Shown here: piece by piece, positions 9,491 to 18,555 of the stretch
Layout of the letters: each line of letters starts with the position of its first letter
Position numbering within the stretch: the stretch's first letter is position 1
Origin: Parcubacteria group bacterium GW2011_GWA1_47_8
GTDB lineage: Bacteria > Patescibacteriota > Minisyncoccia > Phycocordibacterales > UBA1550
Direction: 5' to 3'
DNA: 39,652 bases
Assembly: GCA_000996605.1 (NCBI GenBank)
Contig: LCOP01000001.1
Coordinates: 1-39,652, forward strand
Notes under the pieces: generated by a model
What the model was told of the DNA's origin: nothing
Database searches by the model: none
The model's input: only the letters and a program-made list of their open reading frames with translations
Made by a program: the position numbers and the translations under genes

Positions 9491-10852
9491 ATGGATGGCA
9501 TTATACGAAAACCAAAAAATGAAGTCCTCGGACAGGATAATTCCGCTAAGCGTCCGCCGCTTATCCTTGAGTCTTCCTTGAAGCAAGGAACTCCGGTAAA
9601 AGGGCTTGAGCGTATCGAACAGAATCCTTTTTTTGACCGTATCAATATGAAGCCTCGAGGAGAGCCGCAGGCAGTGAAGACTACGTCCCCGAAACAGTCT
9701 CGTTCGTATGGATTATGGTGGGCGCTCGCGGTGACAGTGCTTCTCAGCGCGGGGTTTGCGGTCGCAACGTACTTCTCAAGCGCGACGATAGAGCTTGTGC
9801 CGCTTACCAAGAGTGCCAATCTTGACCATGAATTTACCGCAAGTCTCGTCCCTCTCTCTGGTGACCTCGGGTTTCAATTAGTGAGCCTCACCGAAGAGAC
9901 GTCAAAAGATATTCCCGCAACTGTCTCGAAAGATATCAAGCAGAAGGCTTCCGGTAAAGTCGCTATTTTCAATGCATATAGTACCAAAGAACAACGTTTG
10001 GTAAAAAATACTCGTCTCGAGTCGTCAGACCACAAGATATTTCGTATTGACGAATCAGTTGTTGTCCCGGGGGCAAAGATTGTCGGTGGCAAGGTTGTCA
10101 CGCCCGGGTCAGTCGAGGTGCTCGCGTATGCGGATGCCGCCGGCGAAGAGTATAATATCGGACTTGCAGACTTTACTATCCCCGGGCTCAAAGGTGACCC
10201 ACGGTATACAAAGTTCACCGCGCGGTCAAAGCCGGATTCGCCAATCAAAGGGGGATTTTCAGGTTCTGTAAAGGTCCCTACCGATGAAGCCGTCGCGGGA
10301 GCAGAGAAAGACCTGAGAGAAGAACTTAAAAAAAACGTGGTTGAAAAAGCGCGCGGACAAATTCCCGAGACTGCGGTATTTTTCCCCGGAAGCATGGTGC
10401 TTAAGTTCGAAGAAATTCCGCTCTCTCTTTCTATGTCATCAGGGGATACCGCACACCTCCGTATGCGCGCGATTGCTTCCGTTTTCTTTTTTGATAAAGA
10501 AATTCTTACGAAAAAAATTGCACAAGTGGCACTTCCTGAATTCAAAGACAATATGTTAACACTTTCAAATATTGCAACACTGGTATTTACATTCGGCACT
10601 TCTGTCGATACCGTAGTCCTTACTGATCTAAAAAATATCCGCTTTACCCTTGTGGGAACACCACTCTTTGTCGGGCAGATTGATACCCAGAAGATTGCCA
10701 GCGACCTTGCGGGCAAGGATAAGGCAACCGCAGGAAAGATCATCGCCGCCGATAGTAATGTGAAAAGCGCGAATACCGTCATTCGACCGCTTTGGAAAAC
10801 AACATTTCCTGCCGATCCCACAAAAATTTCAGTAAAGATTGTTGCGGAATGA
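9491..10852 (+). CDS. Membrane-anchored hypothetical protein with a beta-rich extracellular region (baseplate-J-like segment)
   Basis: Start moved to ATG 9491, in frame with the ORF call, to avoid overlap. One TM helix; ASGKV.IFN...QRLVKNTR, VVVPG and A...GEEYNIG..FTIPG resemble baseplate-J-like CPR proteins. Confidence 0.65.
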   Translation: MDGIIRKPKNEVLGQDNSAKRPPLILESSLKQGTPVKGLERIEQNPFFDRINMKPRGEPQAVKTTSPKQSRSYGLWWALAVTVLLSAGFAVATYFSSATIELVPLTKSANLDHEFTASLVPLSGDLGFQLVSLTEETSKDIPATVSKDIKQKASGKVAIFNAYSTKEQRLVKNTRLESSDHKIFRIDESVVVPGAKIVGGKVVTPGSVEVLAYADAAGEEYNIGLADFTIPGLKGDPRYTKFTARSKPDSPIKGGFSGSVKVPTDEAVAGAEKDLREELKKNVVEKARGQIPETAVFFPGSMVLKFEEIPLSLSMSSGDTAHLRMRAIASVFFFDKEILTKKIAQVALPEFKDNMLTLSNIATLVFTFGTSVDTVVLTDLKNIRFTLVGTPLFVGQIDTQKIASDLAGKDKATAGKIIAADSNVKSANTVIRPLWKTTFPADPTKISVKIVAE

Positions 10853-10875
10853 TGCGAATATGGGTGGAGCAAGTA

Positions 10876-11309
10876 TTTTCCAATCCCTAAATTACACCCA
10901 AATGGTATCATACTTTGCTGTTAATTTCTCTGAATAATTTCTGTCTTTCGACAAAGACTTTTTGTGCGGTCTCGAAGTGAGTCATGCGTTTTGTTTCCGC
11001 GAGAAGTGTTTCTTTAGTGATTCCTTTCCGTAAATACTAGACCAGTCCTGCAATAGCAACCCGTGCAAACACCGCCAGAATTGTACCGAAACTTGCCGAG
11101 CGCAGTGTCCACCAACTCATACGTTCCTTCTTTATTGCTTGTGCTTTTAAATCTGACCGTATTCCCGAGTTTGATAAACTCGGCAAGTTGTTCCACACTT
11201 ACCAAATGGTCGTCTTTCATATCTATGGTATTCACCGCTTCGGGAGCTCTTTTGGGCTCCTTTTGCGTTGGAATCGTATCTCATTTAGGCGTGATTGTGT
11301 GTTGGAGAA
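10876..11309 (-). mobile_element. Internally deleted IS/integrase (DDE-type) remnant with imperfect terminal inverted repeats
   Basis: N-terminal fragment 11235-11014 (IDMKDDHLVSVEQLAEF...FRY) and, in another frame, a C-terminal fragment YLRKGITKETLLAETKRMTH...RQKLF ending at 10908. Imperfect IRs at ~10876-10908 and ~11278-11309. Confidence 0.6.
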
Positions 11310-11426
11310 GACAGATTCTTTGAAATTATACGATTTTATGTATAATTATAAGAGTCATCTTAAAAACAGTCTTTTTCTTGAGAAAAAGAAGAAGGTATTT
11401 GAAAAATACCATAAATTAAAAAATAT

Positions 11427-11500
11427 GCAGTCGTAGCTTAGCTGGTTAAAGCACCACCTTGTCACGGTGGGGACCGTGGGTTCAAATCCCATCGACTGCG
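11427..11500 (+). tRNA. tRNA-Asp(GTC)
   Basis: Cloverleaf: acceptor GCAGTCG/CGACTGC, anticodon arm CCACC-TTGTCAC-GGTGG, TTCAAAT T-loop; CCA not encoded. Confidence 0.96.
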
Positions 11501-11543
11501 CAATGCAAAACACCCCCGGAAATTCCGGGGGTGTTTTGCATTG
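11501..11543. terminator. Perfect long hairpin, likely bidirectional terminator
   Basis: caatgcaaaacacccccgga...tccgggggtgttttgcattg. Confidence 0.8.
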
Positions 11544-11619
11544 CATTGAAAAAAATGCGCAAATAGTGTATCGTGTCGGGGTGCTGGAAAAGTTTGAGGT
11601 TAAAGATATTAAGTCGTTA

Positions 11620-11687
11620 TAGCTGTTTTGGTAAGTTTACCGCATCGTCACGCCGTGCTTATTGTAGCTGTTTTGGTAGGCTTACCG
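11620..11687. repeat. 23-bp imperfect direct repeat (2 copies, 45-bp period) upstream of tRNA-Thr
   Basis: tagctgttttggtaagtttaccg (11620-11642) and tagctgttttggtaggcttaccg (11665-11687). Confidence 0.7.
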
Positions 11688-11735
11688 GGTTACCACGCAG
11701 TTTATACAGAGCGAATATAGGGAAAGATTCACCTC

Positions 11736-11808
11736 GCCGTTGTAGCTCAGTTGGTAGAGCACGTTCTTGGTAAGAACGAGGTCTCCGGTTCAATCCCGGA
11801 CAACGGCT
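11736..11808 (+). tRNA. tRNA-Thr(GGT)
   Basis: Acceptor GCCGTTG/CAACGGC, anticodon arm CGTTC-TTGGTAA-GAACG, TTCAATC T-loop. Confidence 0.96.
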
Positions 11809-11836
11809 CACGCAAGTTTTTTGTAAGATTAATTAT

Positions 11837-11912
11837 GCCACCTTAGCTCAGTTGGTAGAGCATCTCACTCGTAACGAGAAGGTCCGCAGTTCGATTCTGC
11901 GAGGTGGCTCCA
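11837..11912 (+). tRNA. tRNA-Thr(CGT), CCA encoded
   Basis: Acceptor GCCACCT/AGGTGGC, anticodon arm TCTCA-CTCGTAA-CGAGA (A31-C39 mismatch), TTCGATT T-loop. Confidence 0.94.
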
Positions 11913-11949
11913 AAAAGAAAAAACACCAGATGATGTTCCTTGCGGATTA

Positions 11950-12432
11950 TTATCTGGCGCTTGATTGAATCTGCGGAATAACTTTGGGCGTGGTTTTTTT
12001 AAAAAGAATATTTTTGAAAATTTTTCTATGCGTAGGGAGAAAATCCACTAGCCCTAGTATTTCTCTCGGGGAGAGGAGCTTTGTTTCAAGGAGAGCATCC
12101 CCGTCTTTGATGAGACCCTTCGAGATTTCAATGAAATCTTCTACAATCGCGCCGTATATATAAAGAAAGTGGTTGCCCTTGTCTATCGGATCTAATAATT
12201 CACGCAGGCAGTTCTCTCCCACCACTTGTGATGTTTCTTCCCATAGTTCGCGTATTGCTGCTACTAGGGGCGATTCACCATGCTTGATATGCCCTGCGGG
12301 GAATTTCCATTTTGGCCGCAAGTGTTTTGTATTCTGCACCACGAGAACCTTGCCTTCTTTGTGATTGTACAAAATTATCAATACCGCGCCAGGGTCATCA
12401 TATGGGTCTCTATTTTTCACCGTTACCTCCAT
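11950..12432 (-). CDS. Nudix hydrolase
   Basis: Nudix box GHIKHGESPLVAAIRELWEET. Confidence 0.88.
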   Translation of the reverse strand: MEVTVKNRDPYDDPGAVLIILYNHKEGKVLVVQNTKHLRPKWKFPAGHIKHGESPLVAAIRELWEETSQVVGENCLRELLDPIDKGNHFLYIYGAIVEDFIEISKGLIKDGDALLETKLLSPREILGLVDFLPTHRKIFKNILFKKTTPKVIPQIQSSAR

Positions 12433-12542
12433 TTTTTACACATTGAAAGGTCAATTAATGACTAAAAAAAATTATGGCATATTTTGTATAAAAAAGCAAA
12501 TTTCTGCCACTCGGTCGCCTCTGCTATACTGGGGCAATGCAA

Positions 12543-13424
12543 ATGACGAAAGAGGATATCAATAGTAAAATCGCCGAACTTGAAGCGGCAATGGTGACCG
12601 CGGACTTTTGGTCCGACAAAGCGCGCGCGCAGGCGACGATCCGCGAAATCCACGAGCTCAAGGAAAAGCTCGCCGGCGTGGGTAAATATGATCGCGGCAA
12701 TGCCGTCATGACCATTTTCTCGGGGGCGGGGGGGGATGACGCCGAGGACTTTTCCAGTATGCTCCTCCGCATGTATACGAAATTTTTTGAAAAACACGGA
12801 TTCTCGTGGACAACGGTGCATGAAAACAAAAATGACCACGGCGGGTATCGCAACATCACACTCGAGATTCATGGCAAAAGCGTGTATGGCATGCTTAAAA
12901 ACGAATCCGGCGTGCACCGACTCGTACGCATCTCGCCGTTCAGTTCCAAAAAGTTGCGACACACGTCGTTTTCCATGGTGGAAGTTATCCCCGATTTCAA
13001 ATCGCATGGTGATGATATCGGGGTTTCTGATCGCGATATTCGGGTCGAGTTCAGCCGTTCTTCGGGGCCGGGCGGGCAGAATGTGAACAAGCGCGAGACG
13101 GCGGTGCGCGTCGTGCACATACCCACGGGGATTGCCGTGCATGTGGAGACCGAGCGTTCGCAGGAGCAAAATCGTGAGCGCGCGGTGCAAATCCTCAAAG
13201 GCAAGCTCTACAAAAAACGTGAAGAAGAGCGCAAGGCGGCGGAATCAGGAATGTACATTAGTAAAACAACCGACATCGAATGGGGAAATCAAATCCGCTC
13301 CTACGTCGTTCACCCCTACAAGATGGTCAAGGATCACCGCACGGGAGTAGAGACCGGAAACGTGGACGCCGTGCTCGAAGACGGGGAGATTGAGGCGTTC
13401 ATTGAAGCGGAGAGGGAATTGTAG
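12543..13424 (+). CDS. prfB: Peptide chain release factor 2 (shortened domain 1)
   Basis: GAGG, ESGVHRLVRISPF (SPF motif), GPGGQ and WGNQIRSYV. Start is 12537 or 12543. Confidence 0.93.
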   Translation: MTKEDINSKIAELEAAMVTADFWSDKARAQATIREIHELKEKLAGVGKYDRGNAVMTIFSGAGGDDAEDFSSMLLRMYTKFFEKHGFSWTTVHENKNDHGGYRNITLEIHGKSVYGMLKNESGVHRLVRISPFSSKKLRHTSFSMVEVIPDFKSHGDDIGVSDRDIRVEFSRSSGPGGQNVNKRETAVRVVHIPTGIAVHVETERSQEQNRERAVQILKGKLYKKREEERKAAESGMYISKTTDIEWGNQIRSYVVHPYKMVKDHRTGVETGNVDAVLEDGEIEAFIEAEREL

Positions 13425-13428
13425 GGTA

Positions 13429-13470
13429 GAAAGTAGAATATGGAATATGGAATATTGAATTTTGAATAGA
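13429..13470 (+). repeat. Degenerate heptamer tandem array (GAATNNN x6)
   Basis: gaaagta gaatatg gaatatg gaatatt gaatttt gaataga directly after the prfB stop. Confidence 0.75.
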
Positions 13471-13507
13471 AACACACACGGGGGGGGCGCGGCTTCGGAT
13501 AAGGGGA

Positions 13508-14188
13508 ATGATTTACTTCGACAATGTCTCAAAGGTCTATCCCGACGGAACCAGTGCGCTCGACGGGGTGACCTTTTCGGTCGACCAAGGAGAGTTTATT
13601 TCCATCGTGGGACACTCCGGTGCGGGAAAGACGACACTTATCAAACTTCTCTTGGGGGAAGAGCACCCCACGAGTGGGTCGGTTTCTTTTGATTCCGTCG
13701 ATATCCAAAAAGTTCGCGCTAAAGATATGCCCACTCTTCGACGCCGCATCGGTGTTATTTTTCAAAATTTTCGCTTATTGCCGACAAAGACCGCGTATGA
13801 AAATGTGGCGTTTGCCATGGAAGCGGCGGGCAAGACCGACGAAGAAATCGCCTCCGACGTGCCCCACGTGCTCGAGCTCGTCGATCTTTCCAAGAAAATG
13901 TGGAATTTCCCAAGGCAGCTCTCTGGCGGGGAGCTCCAGCGGGTCGCTATTGCGCGCGCAATCGTCAATCATCCGGATCTTATCATCGCCGATGAGCCGA
14001 CGGGGAATCTTGACCCGGTGAACACGTATGAAATCATACAAATCCTCAAAAAGATCAATGACATCGGAACGACCGTTATCTTGACGACACACAACAAAGG
14101 CGTGGTCGAGGCATTGGGAAAACGTGTCATTACCATGGATCACGGCAAGGTGGTCCGTGACGATGCTACGGGGAAGTACGCCTTGTAG
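13508..14188 (+). CDS. ftsE: Cell-division ABC transporter ATP-binding protein FtsE
   Basis: GHSGAGKT, LRRRIGVIFQ, LSGGE.QR, ADEPTGNLD; lies upstream of ftsX. Confidence 0.93.
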   Translation: MIYFDNVSKVYPDGTSALDGVTFSVDQGEFISIVGHSGAGKTTLIKLLLGEEHPTSGSVSFDSVDIQKVRAKDMPTLRRRIGVIFQNFRLLPTKTAYENVAFAMEAAGKTDEEIASDVPHVLELVDLSKKMWNFPRQLSGGELQRVAIARAIVNHPDLIIADEPTGNLDPVNTYEIIQILKKINDIGTTVILTTHNKGVVEALGKRVITMDHGKVVRDDATGKYAL

Positions 14189-14240
14189 CCATGAGTATAT
14201 AGTCTGCGACGGTGATGTGATAGAATAAATAAAAATCATT

Positions 14241-15170
14241 ATGCTCTGGGTAAACACAAAAAGAATCATTAAAGCGGGGTTCATCAACTTTTGGCGAAAC
14301 GGCAGTGTTTCGCTCTCCGCGGTCTTTGTCATGGTTGTCGCCTTGTTCATGATTGGCTCGACATTTCTCCTAACCGCATTTTTGGGCACCGCCCTCAAGG
14401 ACCTCGAGAATAAAATAGATATTAATATTTATATTGCGGTCGGTACCAAGGAGTCCGAAATCATGGATCTCAAACAGCGCCTCGAGGGTTTGCCCGAGGT
14501 GGAGACTGTTTTGTATGTTACGCGCGAACAAGCACTCGAGAATTTTCGCGAGTTACATAAAGATGATCACCGAATCATTCAGGCGCTCGATGAAGTGGGT
14601 GATAATCCGCTCACTGCAATCCTTAATGTAAAAGCAGAGGAGCCTTCGCAATACGAAGGGATCTCTAATTTTTTACAAGGAAAGAGCGCGCTCGTTTCCG
14701 GAGCATCCTCAATCATTTCTAAGGTGAATTATAATGACAACAAGATTGCTATCGATCGTTTGTCGCGGCTTATCGAAGGGGTAAAAAAGCTCGGGAGCAT
14801 CATTACCGCGCTTCTCATCGGTATTTCGGTGCTCATCACATTCAATACGGTCAGACTCGCTATTTTTATCGCGCGGGATGAGATCAGCGTGATGCGTCTT
14901 GTGGGGGGCGGCAACCACTATATTCGTGGACCGTTCCTTGTCGAGGGGGTCATCTACGGCCTCGTGGCTGGACTACTCACGATGATCCTTTTTTATCCAG
15001 TCACATACTGGCTGAAGAATGTGACGCAGGGGTTCTATGGCGGAATTGATTTACTTCAGTATTTCGTCGCGAACTTCGTAGATATTTTTCTCATTACCGT
15101 ACTTACCGGTATGGTGCTCGGGGCGGTCTCGAGTTACCTAGCCGTCCGCAAGTATTTATCCGTCCATTAA
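14241..15170 (+). CDS. ftsX: Cell-division permease FtsX
   Basis: Four TM helices, NT.RLAI...EI..MRLVG...YIRGPFL.EG. Confidence 0.93.
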   Translation: MLWVNTKRIIKAGFINFWRNGSVSLSAVFVMVVALFMIGSTFLLTAFLGTALKDLENKIDINIYIAVGTKESEIMDLKQRLEGLPEVETVLYVTREQALENFRELHKDDHRIIQALDEVGDNPLTAILNVKAEEPSQYEGISNFLQGKSALVSGASSIISKVNYNDNKIAIDRLSRLIEGVKKLGSIITALLIGISVLITFNTVRLAIFIARDEISVMRLVGGGNHYIRGPFLVEGVIYGLVAGLLTMILFYPVTYWLKNVTQGFYGGIDLLQYFVANFVDIFLITVLTGMVLGAVSSYLAVRKYLSVH

Positions 15171-15198
15171 TCACGAGAGTTATCCGCATATCTTTGCC

Positions 15199-16854
15199 AT
15201 GAAGAAAAAATCGCGAAAATATATTTTTGTTGTAGGGGGGGTTATTTCCGGCGTCGGCAAGGGGATCACCGCATCGTCCATCGGCAAGATTCTGCAGGCG
15301 CACGGGTATTCGGTGACGGCGATAAAGATCGATCCGTACGTGAATGTCGACGCCGGCACCATGAACCCAACCGAGCACGGGGAAGTTTTTGTATTGAATG
15401 ACGGCGACGAGACAGATCAGGACATGGGGAACTATGAGCGCTTTTTGGGTATGTCGCTCTCGCGCGATAACTATATGACCACAGGGCGTGTGTACTTGTC
15501 GGTCATTGAGAAAGAGCGCGCGCTTGCGTACAATGGCCGGTGCGTCCAGGTGGTACCCCATATTCCATACGAGGTAATCGAGCGCATTGAGAGGGCAGGG
15601 GAAAAGGCGAACGCCGAGGTCGTGGTCATCGAAGTCGGCGGCACGGTTGGTGAATATGAGAACATTTTGTTTCTCGAGACCGCGCGCATGATGAAGATAA
15701 AAAATCCCGCCGATGTGCTCTTTGCTATCGTTTCGTACCTGCCGACACCGACGACGGTGGGTGAGATGAAGACCAAGCCGACCCAGCACGCGGTGCGCGC
15801 GCTCAACAGCGCCGCGATTCAACCTGACTTCATCATTGCGCGAAGCAATACTCCCATCGACACCAAACGCAAGGAAAAACTTGCGCTCTTTTGTAATGTG
15901 ACGCCCGAGAGTGTCATTTCCGCGCCCGATGTGGAGAGTGTCTACGATGTGCCTATTAATTTTGAAAAAGATGACCTTGGAGAAAAGATTTTGAAGAAAC
16001 TGGGACTTAAGTCGCACGGCAGGAACGGTCGCTGGCATGAGTGGGAGGGGTTTGTTCGTAAAGTGCATCGCGCCAAAGATACTGTCCGCATCGCCATCGT
16101 CGGCAAATATTTTGATACGGGGGATTTTATGTTTGCGGATTCGTACGTGTCGATCATCGAGGCAATTAAATACTCCGCGTACCATGCGGGCAAGAAGCCC
16201 GAGCTCGTGTGGCTCTCGGCGACGGAGTTTGAGGGGAAAAAATCATCGCTTGCCGAACTGAAAAAATTTGACGGCATTCTTGTGCCCGGTGGGTTCGGCT
16301 CGCGCGGTGTGGAGGGGAAACTCGCCGTCATCCGTTACGCACGTGAGCACAAGATTCCGTACTTCGGTATCTGTTATGGCATGCAACTTGCGGTTATCGA
16401 GTATGCGCGGAACGTACTGGGATTTAAAGACGCAAACTCGCGCGAGATCGACCCCAAGTCAAAACACATCGTCATCGACATCATGGAAGGACAAAAGGAA
16501 AATATCGAAAAAGGAAACCTCGGCGGGAGCATGCGTCTCGGTGCGTATGAGGCAAAACTTAAAAAGGGAACCATTGCACGCGGCGCGTATGGCGTAGACA
16601 CAATCATTGAGCGCCACCGTCACCGCTTTGAGGTTGCCCTTGAGTATGTAGAAGCGCTCGAGGCAAAAGGCCTCGTCTTCTCGGGGTGTTCCCCCGACGG
16701 CACACTCATGGAAATCGCGGAGCTTCCCAAATCCGAACACCCTTTTTTCCTCGGTACTCAATTTCACCCCGAATTCCAAGCACGCCCGCTCGACCCGCAC
16801 AAACTTTTTTCCGCATTTGTAAAGGCGGCGATAGAGCGGAAGAAAAAACGTTGA
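15199..16854 (+). CDS. pyrG: CTP synthase
   Basis: GGVISGVGKG, KIDPY.NVD.GTM.P.EHGE, GICYGMQ, QFHPEF. Confidence 0.98.
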   Translation: MKKKSRKYIFVVGGVISGVGKGITASSIGKILQAHGYSVTAIKIDPYVNVDAGTMNPTEHGEVFVLNDGDETDQDMGNYERFLGMSLSRDNYMTTGRVYLSVIEKERALAYNGRCVQVVPHIPYEVIERIERAGEKANAEVVVIEVGGTVGEYENILFLETARMMKIKNPADVLFAIVSYLPTPTTVGEMKTKPTQHAVRALNSAAIQPDFIIARSNTPIDTKRKEKLALFCNVTPESVISAPDVESVYDVPINFEKDDLGEKILKKLGLKSHGRNGRWHEWEGFVRKVHRAKDTVRIAIVGKYFDTGDFMFADSYVSIIEAIKYSAYHAGKKPELVWLSATEFEGKKSSLAELKKFDGILVPGGFGSRGVEGKLAVIRYAREHKIPYFGICYGMQLAVIEYARNVLGFKDANSREIDPKSKHIVIDIMEGQKENIEKGNLGGSMRLGAYEAKLKKGTIARGAYGVDTIIERHRHRFEVALEYVEALEAKGLVFSGCSPDGTLMEIAELPKSEHPFFLGTQFHPEFQARPLDPHKLFSAFVKAAIERKKKR

Positions 16855-17027
16855 CATTTTTTTAATACTGAATTATTGTACGAGAGGATCCGCACAGGAG
16901 CGGATTTTGTTGTTTTGATTTTTCAATTTTTTAGCCACAAGAAAGAAGAAGATGAAAACCGGAGCATTGGTAGGGCGTACAAATCAAGGAGATAGGATAG
17001 ATCCTCAGTGGTTCATTTCCATGGTCA

Positions 17028-17306
17028 ATGGAAGTTCCAGACTGGATGAAGACCGGAGTCCACCATCGGAGAACATCTAAAGCCCCACTGCACTCGTCGG
17101 GAAGAGCTCACCCCGTTTATTTTTACGGGATTGAGGATGGTCATGGTAAAACTCACTCTATGAAAAGCTCGTTTGATCTTCCTGCGGTATTCTGTGTCGA
17201 GAAGGACTCTCACAAGGATCGGACGTACAAAATCGTAGACGGCACGCCCAAGACAGACCTTCACGACGAGGATGACTACGAGATTATTCCTAATTTTGAA
17301 GACTGA
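17028..17306 (+). CDS. Small hypothetical protein (possibly frameshifted from ATG 16952)
   Basis: 92-aa ORF followed by a terminator hairpin; an upstream out-of-frame ORF (16952-17080) overlaps it. Confidence 0.35.
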   Translation: MEVPDWMKTGVHHRRTSKAPLHSSGRAHPVYFYGIEDGHGKTHSMKSSFDLPAVFCVEKDSHKDRTYKIVDGTPKTDLHDEDDYEIIPNFED

Positions 17307-17346
17307 GTTCCTGACTCAAAAAACTAAAAAGTATTGAAAGAAATTA

Positions 17347-17393
17347 TGAACGACTCGCCGGCAAGTATTCGCCCGCGGGTCGTTTTTCTTTTT
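17347..17393 (+). terminator. Rho-independent terminator
   Basis: aacgactcgc...gcgggtcgtt stem followed by a T tract. Confidence 0.6.
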
Positions 17394-17413
17394 GGGTAGC
17401 AGTTTCGATTTTC

Positions 17414-17442
17414 TTGAAAATACCGCCCATTTTTGCTACTAT
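17414..17442 (+). promoter_or_regulatory. Sigma70-like promoter for tRNA-Gln
   Basis: TTGAAA, 17-bp spacer, TGc-TACTAT. Confidence 0.55.
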
Positions 17443-17484
17443 CCGTAAGTGTTCGAAGGCTACCATAGTCTTTGGAGCATACCT

Positions 17485-17555
17485 TGCGAGATCATCTAGC
17501 GGTAGGATGCAGCTCTCTGAAAGCTGTCACCTTGGTTCGAATCCAAGTCTCGCAG
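17485..17555 (+). tRNA. tRNA-Gln(CTG)
   Basis: Acceptor TGCGAGA/TCTCGCA, anticodon arm CAGCT-CTCTGAA-AGCTG, TTCGAAT T-loop. Confidence 0.95.
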
Positions 17556-17728
17556 CAGCCATGTGAGATAGACCGAGGCTTACATATCAACATATTTTAG
17601 AGTTCAAAAGTACGCACCCGTCATGGGCTCGAACTTTCCTCAAAAAAGTGAAGAGATGTAAAACTTCGATCGGAATCTCCAATTGGTACTATTCCGTAAA
17701 TTGCATACCTGCTGAGCGCAGTATTCAG

Positions 17729-17762
17729 AGCATAAAAGCACCCAACCGGGTGCTTTTATGCT
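17729..17762. terminator. Perfect inverted repeat, bidirectional terminator-like
   Basis: agcataaaagcaccc-aacc-gggtgcttttatgct. Confidence 0.75.
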
Positions 17763-17792
17763 TATACGGTCAAAAATGATAAAATTGATTTT

Positions 17793-18551
17793 ATGGAATT
17801 CAAACAGTCTACTTTTGGCGACATCATAGAAAGTGAACGAGAAATGTTTTTGACCGCATCAGATCGCTATGGCGACTTTTTTATAAATGCTTCCGAGTTT
17901 AATGTACTACTAAACGAGTTTATTAAATCAGTTGATCCAGATCGATTTATATTTGCTATGTTTCTTTCGCAAATAAGGAAACACGCGACGCTCGCGTTGC
18001 TTTCCGCAGTACGTCTTCATCACGTGCAAACTTCAATGAACCTAAGACAGGTTCTTGAGGCGGGGTCGTGTGCGGCATATGCCATAGCAAATATTGGAAA
18101 AGAAGATTTTGCAGACTTTGATGAGAATGGCTTTTTGGATCCTTCTCAAAAACTCACGAATAAGAGATATAAGTGGCTCGAGGAGAACTTCCCAGCTGGG
18201 TCTACGGCTATCTTGAATATGAAGAAAACCATCAACAATTCTTCGGCACATGCGAATATTGTCTATGCACATAACAATTTTAGATTTGATGAAAAGACTG
18301 GGAAATTTTCTACACCATTTTTCGACATAGAGGACGAGTACTGGGTCAAAACGGATTTGTGGTCTATTGCTAATATAATTATGGGTTTGGTTGATCTGTT
18401 TTATGGAGTAAACAAAGATAGAAATGTTATCAAATTTATAGATGACTTTGTGCCACGATTGAAGGCTTTAGAAAAAGAGAATCATCAACTTAAGGCAATA
18501 ATGATGGGAACAGACCGATTCAAAAAGATTCAAGAAGCAAGTGGTCAGTAG
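17793..18551 (+). CDS. Hypothetical helical protein (DUF5677/HEPN-like pattern)
   Basis: LRQVLE followed later by SSAHAN, an R..LE / S...H pattern; family assignment is tentative. Confidence 0.6.
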   Translation: MEFKQSTFGDIIESEREMFLTASDRYGDFFINASEFNVLLNEFIKSVDPDRFIFAMFLSQIRKHATLALLSAVRLHHVQTSMNLRQVLEAGSCAAYAIANIGKEDFADFDENGFLDPSQKLTNKRYKWLEENFPAGSTAILNMKKTINNSSAHANIVYAHNNFRFDEKTGKFSTPFFDIEDEYWVKTDLWSIANIIMGLVDLFYGVNKDRNVIKFIDDFVPRLKALEKENHQLKAIMMGTDRFKKIQEASGQ

Positions 18552-18555
18552 GCTG

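Noticed and set aside
11620-11687. Possible mini-CRISPR array
   Set aside because: Only two 23-bp copies with a 22-bp spacer and no cas operon; the Cas4-like gene is 9 kb away and stand-alone.
5798-16857. Long antisense ORFs (e.g. 5798-6955, 9874-10911, 12462-13190, 15103-16185)
   Set aside because: They are shadows of well-supported genes on the opposite strand.
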